From Betaproteobacteria bacterium (GTDB lineage Bacteria > Pseudomonadota > Gammaproteobacteria > Burkholderiales > SG8-39), in contig JAXDQC010000074.1 in NCBI GenBank assembly GCA_034668045.1, forward strand, positions 1-57,698: DNA of 57,698 bases, written 5' to 3'. A program made the position numbers and the translations under genes. This document shows, piece by piece, positions 9,556 through 18,382 of the stretch. The notes under the pieces were generated by a model. That model was not told where the DNA came from. It made no database searches and worked only from the letters and a program-made list of their open reading frames with translations. The stretch's first letter is position 1; each line of letters begins with the position of its first letter.

Positions 9556-10670
9556 GACCAGCTCCAGTCGGAAATCAGGAAATCCGGAATCAGCCAAACG
9601 CCGTTGCGCTGCTTCCAGACGTCCTGGTTGCGGAAGCGCTCGGCCATGCCGAAGAAGCGCTCCTCGGGGATCCCGGCGAAGGCGCAGAACCTGGCGATAT
9701 CGCCGCGCGGCGTCTGGTCGCCAGCGCGGCGCACTACGTCGATCGCCGCGTCGCGGCTCAGCCGACCGTTGCGGATCTCGAGCGACAGGTTGTCGAACAG
9801 GCGGGTGAAGCCGAACTTGTACCACTTCATCCAGTGATGGATGGAGATGAAGTCGTCGTCGATGTCGGCGAAGTCGTACAGGCCGGTGCGCGCGCCGCCC
9901 GGGTTCTCGCGGAAGCCGTGCTGCTTCGCCACGGCGTAGGTCTCGGCCGGGTCCCAGCGGAAGTAGTGGCCGAGGAAGACCGCGCGCACGCCGAGCGACT
10001 CCAGGCTGTCGGGATCCGGCCCCGCGTAAGCGGTCAGGTCGGCGGCGGAGAGCCCCTCGCCGACCCAGTCGGCCGCGGTGGTGCCGTGGGTGACCCCGTA
10101 GGTCGCGAGCCAGCGCCGGTCGAGCGCGTGCCCTTCGTGCGCCTTGTCGGCGCTGCCGTACTCGACCGCCGAGTTTTCGCCCCAGACGACGAGCGGCACC
10201 TGGAAGCGGACCGCGACCGTGAGCGGGATGTTGAACAGCGCCAGGTGCATCGGGATGGCGGTACTGCCGTGGCGCTCGAAGGCCTTGACCATGAAGCGCG
10301 CTTCGACCTTCGGGCTAATGCGATAGTCGATGTGGTCGACGCCGAGCGCGACCAGGTTGTCGAGGTTCTGCTGGCCGATCGCGGTGCGTCCCGGCGGCCG
10401 CCAGGTGACGCCGAGCGGCTTCAGGCCGGACTCCAGGCACGTCACCATCTGCCAGGTGCTGTCCTTGCCGCCGCTCACCGGCACGACGCAGTCGTAGCCG
10501 CGGCTCTTGGCGCGCGCCTGCTCGACCAGGCGGCGGAAGGCGGCCTCGCGCTCGGCCCAGTCGATGCGCGGCCGCGACTCGTGGCTGCGGCAGGCGTTGC
10601 AGATCCCCTCGACGTCGAGCTTCAGGCTCGGCCGCGTGTCGGGCAGGATGCAGCGCCGGCAGTACTTCAT
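9552..10670 (-). CDS. N-acetyl sugar amidotransferase (WbuX/WbpG/PseA family, PP-loop ATP-pyrophosphatase)
   Basis: 372 aa. Tetracysteine signature CRRC...GICNAC and PP-loop SGGKDS. ATGA overlaps on both sides. Confidence 0.85.
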   Translation of the reverse strand: MKYCRRCILPDTRPSLKLDVEGICNACRSHESRPRIDWAEREAAFRRLVEQARAKSRGYDCVVPVSGGKDSTWQMVTCLESGLKPLGVTWRPPGRTAIGQQNLDNLVALGVDHIDYRISPKVEARFMVKAFERHGSTAIPMHLALFNIPLTVAVRFQVPLVVWGENSAVEYGSADKAHEGHALDRRWLATYGVTHGTTAADWVGEGLSAADLTAYAGPDPDSLESLGVRAVFLGHYFRWDPAETYAVAKQHGFRENPGGARTGLYDFADIDDDFISIHHWMKWYKFGFTRLFDNLSLEIRNGRLSRDAAIDVVRRAGDQTPRGDIARFCAFAGIPEERFFGMAERFRNQDVWKQRNGVWLIPDFLISDWSWS

Positions 10671-12508
10671 GCGGGAACCGTGGCGCCGAATTCCTCGAGG
10701 AACAGCTTGGCGTTGAGGAAGTAGAAGAGGAACTTGCTTTCGCTGTTGGGCAGGTCGGGCCGCTCGAGGAGCGCGGCGATCTTCTCGCGCCGGATCAGGT
10801 CGAACACCGGGCTGTCGGCGAGCACCTCGCGCCGCACCGCCGGGTCGCGCACGTCGAGGAAATCGAAGATCGGCGCATTGAAGCCCACCTTACGGCGGTT
10901 GTCGAGCAGCGCCTGCGGCACCAGGCCGCGCACCGCGTCGCGCAGCACCGCCTTGGCGCGGCCGTGGCGCACCAGGTGGCGCGTCGGGATCGACTGGCAG
11001 AACTCGAACAGGTCGCGATCGAGGAACGGCGAGCGGTTCTCGATCGAGTAATACATCGCGTTGAGATCGTCCTCGTGCAGGATCACCGGGATCGTCTCGC
11101 GGAACAGCTCGTTCAGCATGCGGTTGCGCAGCAGCCGCCCGGCGAAGCGCTCCTCGGCGAAGCGCTCGACCCACGGCGCCGTGAGATAGGCGGCGAAGCC
11201 ATCCGCATCCATGAAGATGTGCTCGCGGAACTGCGGGTCGCGGACGAAGAGCTCGGGATCGCGCAGGTGCGGATTGCGCACCGCCGGCAGCACGTGCTCG
11301 CGCCAGGCGTCGAGCGAGCCGGCGTGCAGCGCCGCGTCGCCCTTCACCTCATAGAGGTAGGCGAGGTGGTGGTCGTAATAGCCGGTAAAGAGCTCGTCGG
11401 CGGCCGTGCCGCTCACCGAGATGCGATAGCCGTGCGCGGCGATGCTCTCCTGCAGCATCTGATGCGCGTAGTAGGTGATGGTGTACACCGGCGCGTCGTG
11501 GTAGCGCACCTGCTCGCGCAGCCGCGGCAGGAAATTCGCCGGGCTGACCGGAATCGCGGTGTGGCGCACGCCGAGCTCGCGCACCGCGAGGTCCACCATG
11601 TCCTGCTCCTCGTAGCGCGCGTCGGTGTTCACGATGGTGAAGCCGTGCACGTCGAAGTCGAACTCGCGCTTGGCGATGCCGATCAGCGCATTCGAGTCGA
11701 TGCCGCCGCTCATGCAGAAGGCGAGCGGCACGTCGGCGCGCAAGCGCAGCTCGACCGAGCGCACCAGCCGCTCGCGCGCGCCAGCCACCGCCTGCTCGTA
11801 GCTCATCTCGGCCTTCTCCACCGAGCGGGGGTTCCAGTAGCGCTCGAGCTTCTCGCCGCGCGCGTCGACGTGCAGCACGTGCGCGGCGGGCAGCTCGTCC
11901 AGCCCTTCGAAGAAGGTCTCGCGCCCCTTGTAGAGCGCCTTGTAGCCGTTCACCAGGAAGCGGCGCAGGTGGTTCAGGTTGGGTCGCAGCGGCCGGCCGA
12001 GCAGCGCGGCGATGAATTTGGGCTCCGAACCGAAATAGATTCCGCCGTCGGCACGATAGAGGTAGAGCGGCTTCTCGCCGAAGCGGTCGCGGCAGAGCGA
12101 GAGGCGCTTCGCCCGCTCGTCGTAGAAGGCGAACGCCCACATGCCTTCGCAGCGGTCGAGTGCACCCCAGCCTTCGCTGGCGAGGAGCTGCGTCAGGACT
12201 TCGGTGTCGGAATCGGTGCGGAACTTCGCGCCGCGCGCGGCGAGGTCGCGCTTGCGCTCGACATAGTTGTAGAGCTCGCCGTTGAGGATGATCGCGCGGC
12301 CGTCGTGCTCGAACGGCTGGTGCGAGCGCGGGTCGAGGTCGATGATCGACAGCCGGCTGTGCAGCAGCACGGCGTTGCGCTCGCCGTCCACCGGCCAGGT
12401 CTTGGTGGCCTGGTAGTCGGGGCCGCGCCGGCCCATGCGGCGCAGGCATTCCTTGAGCGCGCCTGGCTCGATGCGCCGCGGTCCGAAGTAGCCGGCGATG
12501 CCGCACAT
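10667..12508 (-). CDS. Asparagine synthase (glutamine-hydrolysing)-like amidotransferase (AsnB/WbpS-like)
   Basis: 613 aa. N-terminal MCGIAGY (Ntn nucleophile Cys2) and a synthetase PP-loop region (CMSGGIDS). Confidence 0.85.
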   Translation of the reverse strand: MCGIAGYFGPRRIEPGALKECLRRMGRRGPDYQATKTWPVDGERNAVLLHSRLSIIDLDPRSHQPFEHDGRAIILNGELYNYVERKRDLAARGAKFRTDSDTEVLTQLLASEGWGALDRCEGMWAFAFYDERAKRLSLCRDRFGEKPLYLYRADGGIYFGSEPKFIAALLGRPLRPNLNHLRRFLVNGYKALYKGRETFFEGLDELPAAHVLHVDARGEKLERYWNPRSVEKAEMSYEQAVAGARERLVRSVELRLRADVPLAFCMSGGIDSNALIGIAKREFDFDVHGFTIVNTDARYEEQDMVDLAVRELGVRHTAIPVSPANFLPRLREQVRYHDAPVYTITYYAHQMLQESIAAHGYRISVSGTAADELFTGYYDHHLAYLYEVKGDAALHAGSLDAWREHVLPAVRNPHLRDPELFVRDPQFREHIFMDADGFAAYLTAPWVERFAEERFAGRLLRNRMLNELFRETIPVILHEDDLNAMYYSIENRSPFLDRDLFEFCQSIPTRHLVRHGRAKAVLRDAVRGLVPQALLDNRRKVGFNAPIFDFLDVRDPAVRREVLADSPVFDLIRREKIAALLERPDLPNSESKFLFYFLNAKLFLEEFGATVPA

Positions 12509-12509
12509 A

Positions 12510-13523
12510 TCAGGAAACGTCCTCGGGACGAATCAGCTCATGGCGGCGGAGCGAGCGGCGCAGCTTGCGGCCGATGAGCTCGGCGGCGCGCGTCGGCGGC
12601 AGTCCCTCCCCCGGGCGCACGTAGTCGAAATCCGCGGCCGCGAGAACCGTCCCTTCGCCGAGCGCGCGGGCCGCGACCACGCTGCGCCGCACCGCGCGCG
12701 CGCTCGCGCGGTCGGCGATCGAATCGTCCTTCGCGCCCCCGCCGATGATGCGCTTCGCGCCCCGCACCAGCGCCGCCAGGCGGCTCATCTCGCCGGGATC
12801 GGCGGCGAGCGCATGGTCGCGGAAGGCGGAGGTGTTCTTGTCGAGCGTGAAGTGCTTCTCGATGATGCGCGCGCCGGCGCCGAGCGACATCAGCGCCACG
12901 TCGATGCCGAGTACGTGGTCGGAATAGCCGATGACGAGCCCGAACTTGTTCCGCAGGGTCGCGATGCCCTCGAGGTTCGCTTGCTCGGGCTGCGTCGGGT
13001 AGAGGCTCACGCAGTGCAGGAGGGCGAGCCGCTCCTCGAGGCGCGCGCCCACGGGGAGGGCGGCGCGAAACGTCGCCACGGCGTGCTCGATCTCCGGCAG
13101 GGTCGCCATGCCGGTCGAAAGCACCACCGGCTTGCCGCTCTTCGCGGCTAGCGCGAGCAGCGGGTCGAAATCGAGGTCGCCCGAGGCGATCTTGACCGCG
13201 TCGAGCGTCGGCAGGATCGCCGCCAGCGTATCGACGTCGAACGCCGAGGCCATGAAGATGCCGCGGCGTTCGTGCACCCGGCGGGCGATGTCCTGGTAGA
13301 CGGACACCGGCAGCTTGAAGCGCGACAGCTGCTTCACCCGCTCGGTCTGCTCGACCGAGACCAGGCGCTCCGGCTCGATCAGCTGGAACTTGACGATGTG
13401 CGCGCCGCAGTCGAGCGCTCGCTCGGCCAGCGCGAGCGCGGCGCGCGGATCGCCTTCGTGGTTGTTGCCGATCTCGGCGATCAGCAGCACCTCGCGGTCG
13501 GTGTCGAGCGCGCCGATCTTCAT
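12510..13523 (-). CDS. NeuB-family (sialic/pseudaminic/legionaminic acid-type) ulosonic acid synthase with a C-terminal SAF domain
   Basis: Start at the internal ATG 13523 in an ATGA overlap. MKIGALDTDREVLLIAEIGNNHEGD..., GYSDH. Confidence 0.85.
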   Translation of the reverse strand: MKIGALDTDREVLLIAEIGNNHEGDPRAALALAERALDCGAHIVKFQLIEPERLVSVEQTERVKQLSRFKLPVSVYQDIARRVHERRGIFMASAFDVDTLAAILPTLDAVKIASGDLDFDPLLALAAKSGKPVVLSTGMATLPEIEHAVATFRAALPVGARLEERLALLHCVSLYPTQPEQANLEGIATLRNKFGLVIGYSDHVLGIDVALMSLGAGARIIEKHFTLDKNTSAFRDHALAADPGEMSRLAALVRGAKRIIGGGAKDDSIADRASARAVRRSVVAARALGEGTVLAAADFDYVRPGEGLPPTRAAELIGRKLRRSLRRHELIRPEDVS

Positions 13524-14209
13524 TGCATCACCGCCCCGTCCCGCACGTGGGCGTGCAGCACATACTTCGCCTCCGCCACGCGGAAGCCCATCCGCTCGTA
13601 GAGCCGCATCGCTGCGGTATTCGCCAGCTGGGTACCGACCCGCAGCTTCTCGGCGCGTTGCGCCCAGCGCGCGGCGAACGCCTGGGTCAGGGTCTCGCCA
13701 AGCTTGCGGCCCTGCCGCTCGGGATGAACGGCCACGAGGTCGATCACCGCCGCGTTGCCCGCCTTCAGCACGGCGAGGAACCCCGCCGGCATGCCGTTCT
13801 CGACGACCACCAGCACCTCTTCGCCGCGCTTGCCGGCGAGGCAGTTCTCGGCCCAGGCGCGCTTCACGCGGTCGGCGAGCTCGCGCGGAAAGCGCGGATC
13901 GCGGTGGAAGCGCGACCAGACGAAGGCGCGCTCGGCGATCGCGAGCACCGGCTCTCGGTCGGCGGCGATTGCCTTGCGCACGTCTTTCGGCTCGCGCCGG
14001 CTCGCGGCGGCGCATTCGAGGACGACATGGGTATCGACGATGCGGAACCCCGCGGCGACGAAGCGCTCCAGGCGCGTGACTTCACTCACGGGCACCTTGG
14101 TGAAGAAGAAACCGTCGCGCTTCGCGGCAAGCTGCGCGGCATCAATCTCCGCGCCTGCCGAGTAGCAGGCGATGCCGGTCACGCTCGTGAGCCACCCGTC
14201 GGCGGTCAT
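13520..14209 (-). CDS. GNAT-family N-acetyltransferase (two-domain, WecD/PseH-like layout)
   Basis: Start at ATG 14209 in an ATGA overlap. Acetyl-CoA motif VHPERQGRKLG. Confidence 0.75.
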   Translation of the reverse strand: MTADGWLTSVTGIACYSAGAEIDAAQLAAKRDGFFFTKVPVSEVTRLERFVAAGFRIVDTHVVLECAAASRREPKDVRKAIAADREPVLAIAERAFVWSRFHRDPRFPRELADRVKRAWAENCLAGKRGEEVLVVVENGMPAGFLAVLKAGNAAVIDLVAVHPERQGRKLGETLTQAFAARWAQRAEKLRVGTQLANTAAMRLYERMGFRVAEAKYVLHAHVRDGAVMQ

Positions 14210-15243
14210 GGGGCGGCGCGGAATGCCTCCGGCATTCGCTTTGCCAGGCCCTTGTACCAGTCGATGTAGCGCACGAAGCCCTTCTCCAGCGGGAAGCTCG
14301 GCCGGTACCCGATCAACCGCTTCGCTTTCTCCACCGACAGCGTGCCGCGCTCGGGCATGAGCGCATCGCGCGGGCTGTACTTCACCTCGATGCCGGGGAA
14401 GTTCTGCTTCACGATCTCGGCCATCTGGTTGAGCGAGCGGGCGCCGCCGTAAGTGAGGTTGAACACCTGGTTGCGCGCCTCGGGCTTCTCGATGCACAGC
14501 ATCAGCCCCTGCACCAGATCGCCGATGTAGGTGAAGTCGAGCGCGTCGGTGCCGTCGCCGTTGATGGTGAGCGGCAGGCCGCGCAGCGCGTTCTCGATGA
14601 ACGCCTGGCCGACGCGGCGGCTGACGCAGCGCTCGCCATAGAGCGCCGAGGGCCGCACGATGGTGTAGGGCAGCTTGAACACCTGGTTGTAGGCGATCAC
14701 CAGCTTCTCGCCGCCGTACTTCAACGCGCCGTAAATCCCCATCGGCTCGCAATGGCGGTCTTCCGTCGCCGTCTGGCCGTCGAAATTCCCATACACCATG
14801 GAAGAGGAGAAGTAGATGAAATGCCGCTCGTGGCCGCGCGCGCAATCGAGCGCGTTCTCGAGCGTGCGGAAGCTGTGATCGAAGGTGCTGAAGGGATCCT
14901 TGTTGGCGCGATTGGCATGCGCGATGGCGGCGAGCTGGACGATGGTGTCCGGCTCGATGTCGGTGAGACAGCGGGAAAGCACCTGGTAGTCGCGCGCGTC
15001 GACGACATGCAGGGGAATATTCGCCTCGTGCAGCGCCGCAAGGCGCTCGTAGACCAGGTTCATGTACAGCGTCTTGCTCGGGTCATTCGAAGCGCTCGAG
15101 AACGCACCGAGGTTGTTGACCTGCAGGCCGTCGACGATGTGCGGCTTGGCGCCGCGGGCCGCCAGCGCGAGCGCCAGGTTGTGTCCGATGAAGCCGGCGC
15201 CGCCGATCAAAGCGATTCGACGTCCGGCGAGTGCGTCTGCCAT
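14206..15243 (-). CDS. Extended-SDR NAD-dependent sugar epimerase/dehydratase
   Basis: 345 aa. GGAGFIGHNL Rossmann motif and catalytic YGALK. Confidence 0.8.
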   Translation of the reverse strand: MADALAGRRIALIGGAGFIGHNLALALAARGAKPHIVDGLQVNNLGAFSSASNDPSKTLYMNLVYERLAALHEANIPLHVVDARDYQVLSRCLTDIEPDTIVQLAAIAHANRANKDPFSTFDHSFRTLENALDCARGHERHFIYFSSSMVYGNFDGQTATEDRHCEPMGIYGALKYGGEKLVIAYNQVFKLPYTIVRPSALYGERCVSRRVGQAFIENALRGLPLTINGDGTDALDFTYIGDLVQGLMLCIEKPEARNQVFNLTYGGARSLNQMAEIVKQNFPGIEVKYSPRDALMPERGTLSVEKAKRLIGYRPSFPLEKGFVRYIDWYKGLAKRMPEAFRAAP

Positions 15244-16397
15244 TATTTGCTCTCCCTCAAGGCTTGCGCGAATTGCCGCGCGATGTAATCGATGTCTTCA
15301 TCCCCGACGTGCGGTCCGACCGGCAGCGCGATCGCGTGATCGCTGATTCGTGCCGCATTCGGAAAGCGGCTGGCATCGTAGCCGTACTTGTCCCGGTAGT
15401 ACTTCAGCCGCGGCACCGGGTGCGGGTAGTAGACGCTCGTCCCCACGCCCGCGGCGTTCAGCTTGGCGACCATCGCATCGCGCCGCTGGCCCGCGCCGCC
15501 CTCGAGCAGCGCGGTCAGGCAGTAGTGGCTGTTCTCCGCGTGCTTCGCTTGTACGTCGAGGACGCGCACGTTCTCGAGCTGCGAGAGCGCCGCCTTCAGC
15601 CGGGCGAAATTGCTCCGCCGCCTATCGAGCATGATGTTCAGGCGCTCGAGCTGCTTGCGGCCGATCGCGGCATTGATGTCGCTCATGCGGTAGTTGATGC
15701 CGAGCGTCGGCACGTCGTAGACGCCCGGGATCGCGCGTTCGGCAAAGCCGCGGTCGACGCCGAACGCACGTGCCTTCGCCACCTTCGCGGCAAGCTCGGC
15801 GTGCCGGCTGACGAACATGCCGCCGTCGCCGGTGGTGATGTGCTTCACCGGGTAGAACGAGACGATAGCCGCGTCGCCGAAGAGGCCAGCGTGCTTGCCG
15901 CGCCAGCGCGTGCCGACGGCGAGCGCGCAGTCTTCGATCACTTTGAGCTTGTGGCGCTCGGCGATCGCCATGATGGCGTCCATGTCGCAGGGAATGCCGG
16001 CGTAATGGACCAGTCCTATCGCGCGCGTGCGCGGCGTGATCAGCGCCTCGATCTGGGCCGGGTCCATGTTGCCGGTCGCGAGATCGCAGTCGGCGAACAC
16101 CGGCTTGGCGCCGACCACCTCCACCGCGTGCGCGGTGGCGACGTGCGTCTGCGCCGCGACGATGACCTCATCGCCCGCGCCGATGCCGAGCTGCCAGTAG
16201 GCGAGATGCAGCGCCGCCATGCCCGAGCTGGTGGTGAGGCAGTGGCCGCCGCCGAGGACCGCGGCGAATTCCTTCTCGAAGGCGTGCGCCTGCGGGCCGT
16301 GCGTCAGCACGTCGCCGGAGAGCACCTGCATCACGGCGTTTTTCTCGGCGTCGGTGATCCACGGGCGGCCGAAGGCGATCTTGCGGGTTTCGTTCAT
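15243..16397 (-). CDS. DegT/DnrJ/EryC1/StrS-family PLP-dependent sugar aminotransferase
   Basis: Start at ATG 16397 in an ATGA overlap (MNETRKIAFGRPWI...). PLP-lysine context SFYPVKHITTGDGG. Confidence 0.88.
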   Translation of the reverse strand: MNETRKIAFGRPWITDAEKNAVMQVLSGDVLTHGPQAHAFEKEFAAVLGGGHCLTTSSGMAALHLAYWQLGIGAGDEVIVAAQTHVATAHAVEVVGAKPVFADCDLATGNMDPAQIEALITPRTRAIGLVHYAGIPCDMDAIMAIAERHKLKVIEDCALAVGTRWRGKHAGLFGDAAIVSFYPVKHITTGDGGMFVSRHAELAAKVAKARAFGVDRGFAERAIPGVYDVPTLGINYRMSDINAAIGRKQLERLNIMLDRRRSNFARLKAALSQLENVRVLDVQAKHAENSHYCLTALLEGGAGQRRDAMVAKLNAAGVGTSVYYPHPVPRLKYYRDKYGYDASRFPNAARISDHAIALPVGPHVGDEDIDYIARQFAQALRESK

Positions 16398-17395
16398 GGG
16401 TACTCGATGGTTTGGGGCTTGCGCTCCGCGGCGGCGCGGTCGCACGCCAGGCAGATGGCAATGCCGTCGAAGAAGGATTGCGTCACGGCGTCATAGCCAG
16501 GCGCACCGGCAATGGCGTCGAGAAAGGGCCGGATCAGTTCGCCTTTTCCCGCCGGCAGCGCCGCCATCGGCATGCGCTCGGCGGTCTCGCCCGGATCCCG
16601 GCTGCGGTGCATGCGCGGCCCCTGGTCGTCGTAGAGGAATGTCGCGCGCGTGCCGAAAGCGCGCACCACATGCTGGTGCCGGTGCACGCTGCCGAAGTTG
16701 GCCGTGATGCGCGCCACCAGCCCTGAGGCGAATTCCAGCGTCGCGGCGCGAAAATCGTCGTAGCGAAAGCCGGAGCCTTCGGTGGAAATGCGGTTCCCGG
16801 CGGCGCTGACGCGGCTGGGACGCTCGCCGGTGAGCCAGAGCAGCAGGTCGACGAGGTGGATGCCGCCGCCCAGCATCACTGAGTAGTCGCCGATGCCGCT
16901 GCGCCAGCCCTCGGTGATCTTGTGCAGCCGGCCGTACAGGTAATCGCCATCGAACGCATAGAGAGCGCCCAGCTCGCCGTTCTCGATGCTGCGCTTGAGG
17001 GCGAGATAGGCTGGCGCGGTGCGCAGGACGAGATTGCTGCCGATCTTCACGCGTCCGCCGCTTCGCGCCCAGAGCACTTTCAGCTCGGCGAGCTGCGCGC
17101 TCGTCATGCAGAGCGGCTTCTCGACGAAGACGTGCTTTCCCGCCTGCAACGCGTCGCGCGCCTGCTTGAAGTGCGCGTCGTCGAAGGAGGCGATCGAGAC
17201 CACCTGCACCGACGCATCGCTCAGAACGGCTTCGTAGTCGTTGGCCGTGCGGCTGCCGGGAAACTGCGCGGCGAGGCGTTCGGCACGCTGCCGGTCGAGG
17301 TCATGGAGCCAGACGATTTTGGCGCGAGGATCGGCGGCATAAGCCCGCGCATGCTGCTCGCCGACGCCCAGACCGACGACGGCCACGCCGATCAT
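16394..17395 (-). CDS. Gfo/Idh/MocA-family NAD(P)-dependent oxidoreductase
   Basis: Start at ATG 17395 in an ATGA overlap (MIGVAVVGLGVGEQHA...). VFVEKPL motif. Confidence 0.85.
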   Translation of the reverse strand: MIGVAVVGLGVGEQHARAYAADPRAKIVWLHDLDRQRAERLAAQFPGSRTANDYEAVLSDASVQVVSIASFDDAHFKQARDALQAGKHVFVEKPLCMTSAQLAELKVLWARSGGRVKIGSNLVLRTAPAYLALKRSIENGELGALYAFDGDYLYGRLHKITEGWRSGIGDYSVMLGGGIHLVDLLLWLTGERPSRVSAAGNRISTEGSGFRYDDFRAATLEFASGLVARITANFGSVHRHQHVVRAFGTRATFLYDDQGPRMHRSRDPGETAERMPMAALPAGKGELIRPFLDAIAGAPGYDAVTQSFFDGIAICLACDRAAAERKPQTIEYP

Positions 17396-18057
17396 TGGGG
17401 GGCCTCGACGGCGGACGCGAAGCTCGGCACCGATCCAGCGGCGATCAGGGCTTCGACGGCCTGCAGATCCTCCCTCGTGTCGACGGCGAGCGAGCGGCGG
17501 CTGGCGGCGGCTTCGCGGCACGCCACGTTGCGCACGCGGAACCTGCCCGGTGCGCGATACAGAGCGAGCGTCACGTGCTCGCGCTCCTCTGCCGTCCACG
17601 CAGCAGTGTCGATGCCGGCAAAGCACTCGGCGCGGACGACCTCGACGCTTTGTCCGGGTGGAAAGGTGCGCGGCTGCACGTTGGTGATGAGGTCGTATTG
17701 CGGCCCCCGCCGGGCGGCAACCTCGACGACGAGCTCGGGGTCGATGAGCGGGCTGTCGCCGCTGATGCGCACGAACCACTCGCACGGATGCGCGGCGAGG
17801 CACTGCTGGAATCGCTTCGCGACATTCTCCAGGTCGCCGCGAAACAGGGCATGGCCGTGACGCGCGGCGAACGCCGCCAGCAGATCGTCGCTCGAGTCGA
17901 CGCTCGTCGCCAGCACGACGCGCTGCGGACCGAAGGCGCGGCCGCAACGCTCCAGGACATGCGCGATCAGCGGCCGCCCGGCGAGCGGCGCCAGGACTTT
18001 GCCGGGAAAGCGCCGCGAGCTCATGCGCGCCTGGACGAAGATACGGACCGCGCTCAC
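17392..18057 (-). CDS. Cytidylyltransferase-family protein (SpsF/PseF/NeuA-like nucleotide-sugar activating enzyme)
   Basis: GTG start at 18057 (VSAVRIFVQARMSSRRFPGKVLAPLAGRPLI) in a GTGA overlap with the stop of the upstream MarR-like ORF. The longer 290-aa track ORF is rejected. Confidence 0.72.
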   Translation of the reverse strand: MSAVRIFVQARMSSRRFPGKVLAPLAGRPLIAHVLERCGRAFGPQRVVLATSVDSSDDLLAAFAARHGHALFRGDLENVAKRFQQCLAAHPCEWFVRISGDSPLIDPELVVEVAARRGPQYDLITNVQPRTFPPGQSVEVVRAECFAGIDTAAWTAEEREHVTLALYRAPGRFRVRNVACREAAASRRSLAVDTREDLQAVEALIAAGSVPSFASAVEAPQ

Positions 18058-18382
18058 CGCTGCCGGGCCTCGCGCCGCAAGCGGTCGATCTCCTTGCGCA
18101 ACGCCTCGTATTCGGCCGTCTTGCGCTGCAGGAAGTGCAGCGCGTTGCGCGATTTCGCGCTCACGCCGCGCGGCGTCAGCACGTACAGGTAGGCGCGCTT
18201 GTTCTTGCTGTTGCGGAAGTTGTTGGCCTTGACCAGGCCGCGGCCGATCAGCGCCTTCAGGCAATAGTTGACCTTGCCGACGCTGACGCCGAGCTGCTCG
18301 GCGAGCGCGCGCTGCGAGACCTTCGGGTCGCGCTCAAGCTCGCGCAGGATGCGGAAATGCGGCTCTTCCAGAAACCCCCCAT
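18054..18382 (-). CDS. MarR-family EPS-associated transcriptional regulator (TIGR04176-like). The start codon is unresolved: the nearest ATG is out of frame across a G6 tract
   Basis: Absent from the ORF track. The minus-strand frame 18380..18054 reads GGFLEEPHFRILRELERDPKVSQRALAEQLGVSVGKVNYCLKALIGRGLVKANNFRNSKNKRAYLYVLTPRGVSAKSRNALHFLQRKTAEYEALRKEIDRLRREARQR*. It has an in-frame TGA at 18389..18387 and no in-frame ATG, GTG or TTG near the N-terminus. The ATG at 18382..18380 would be in frame only if the C6 run at 18375-18380 held one more C. Confidence 0.75.
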
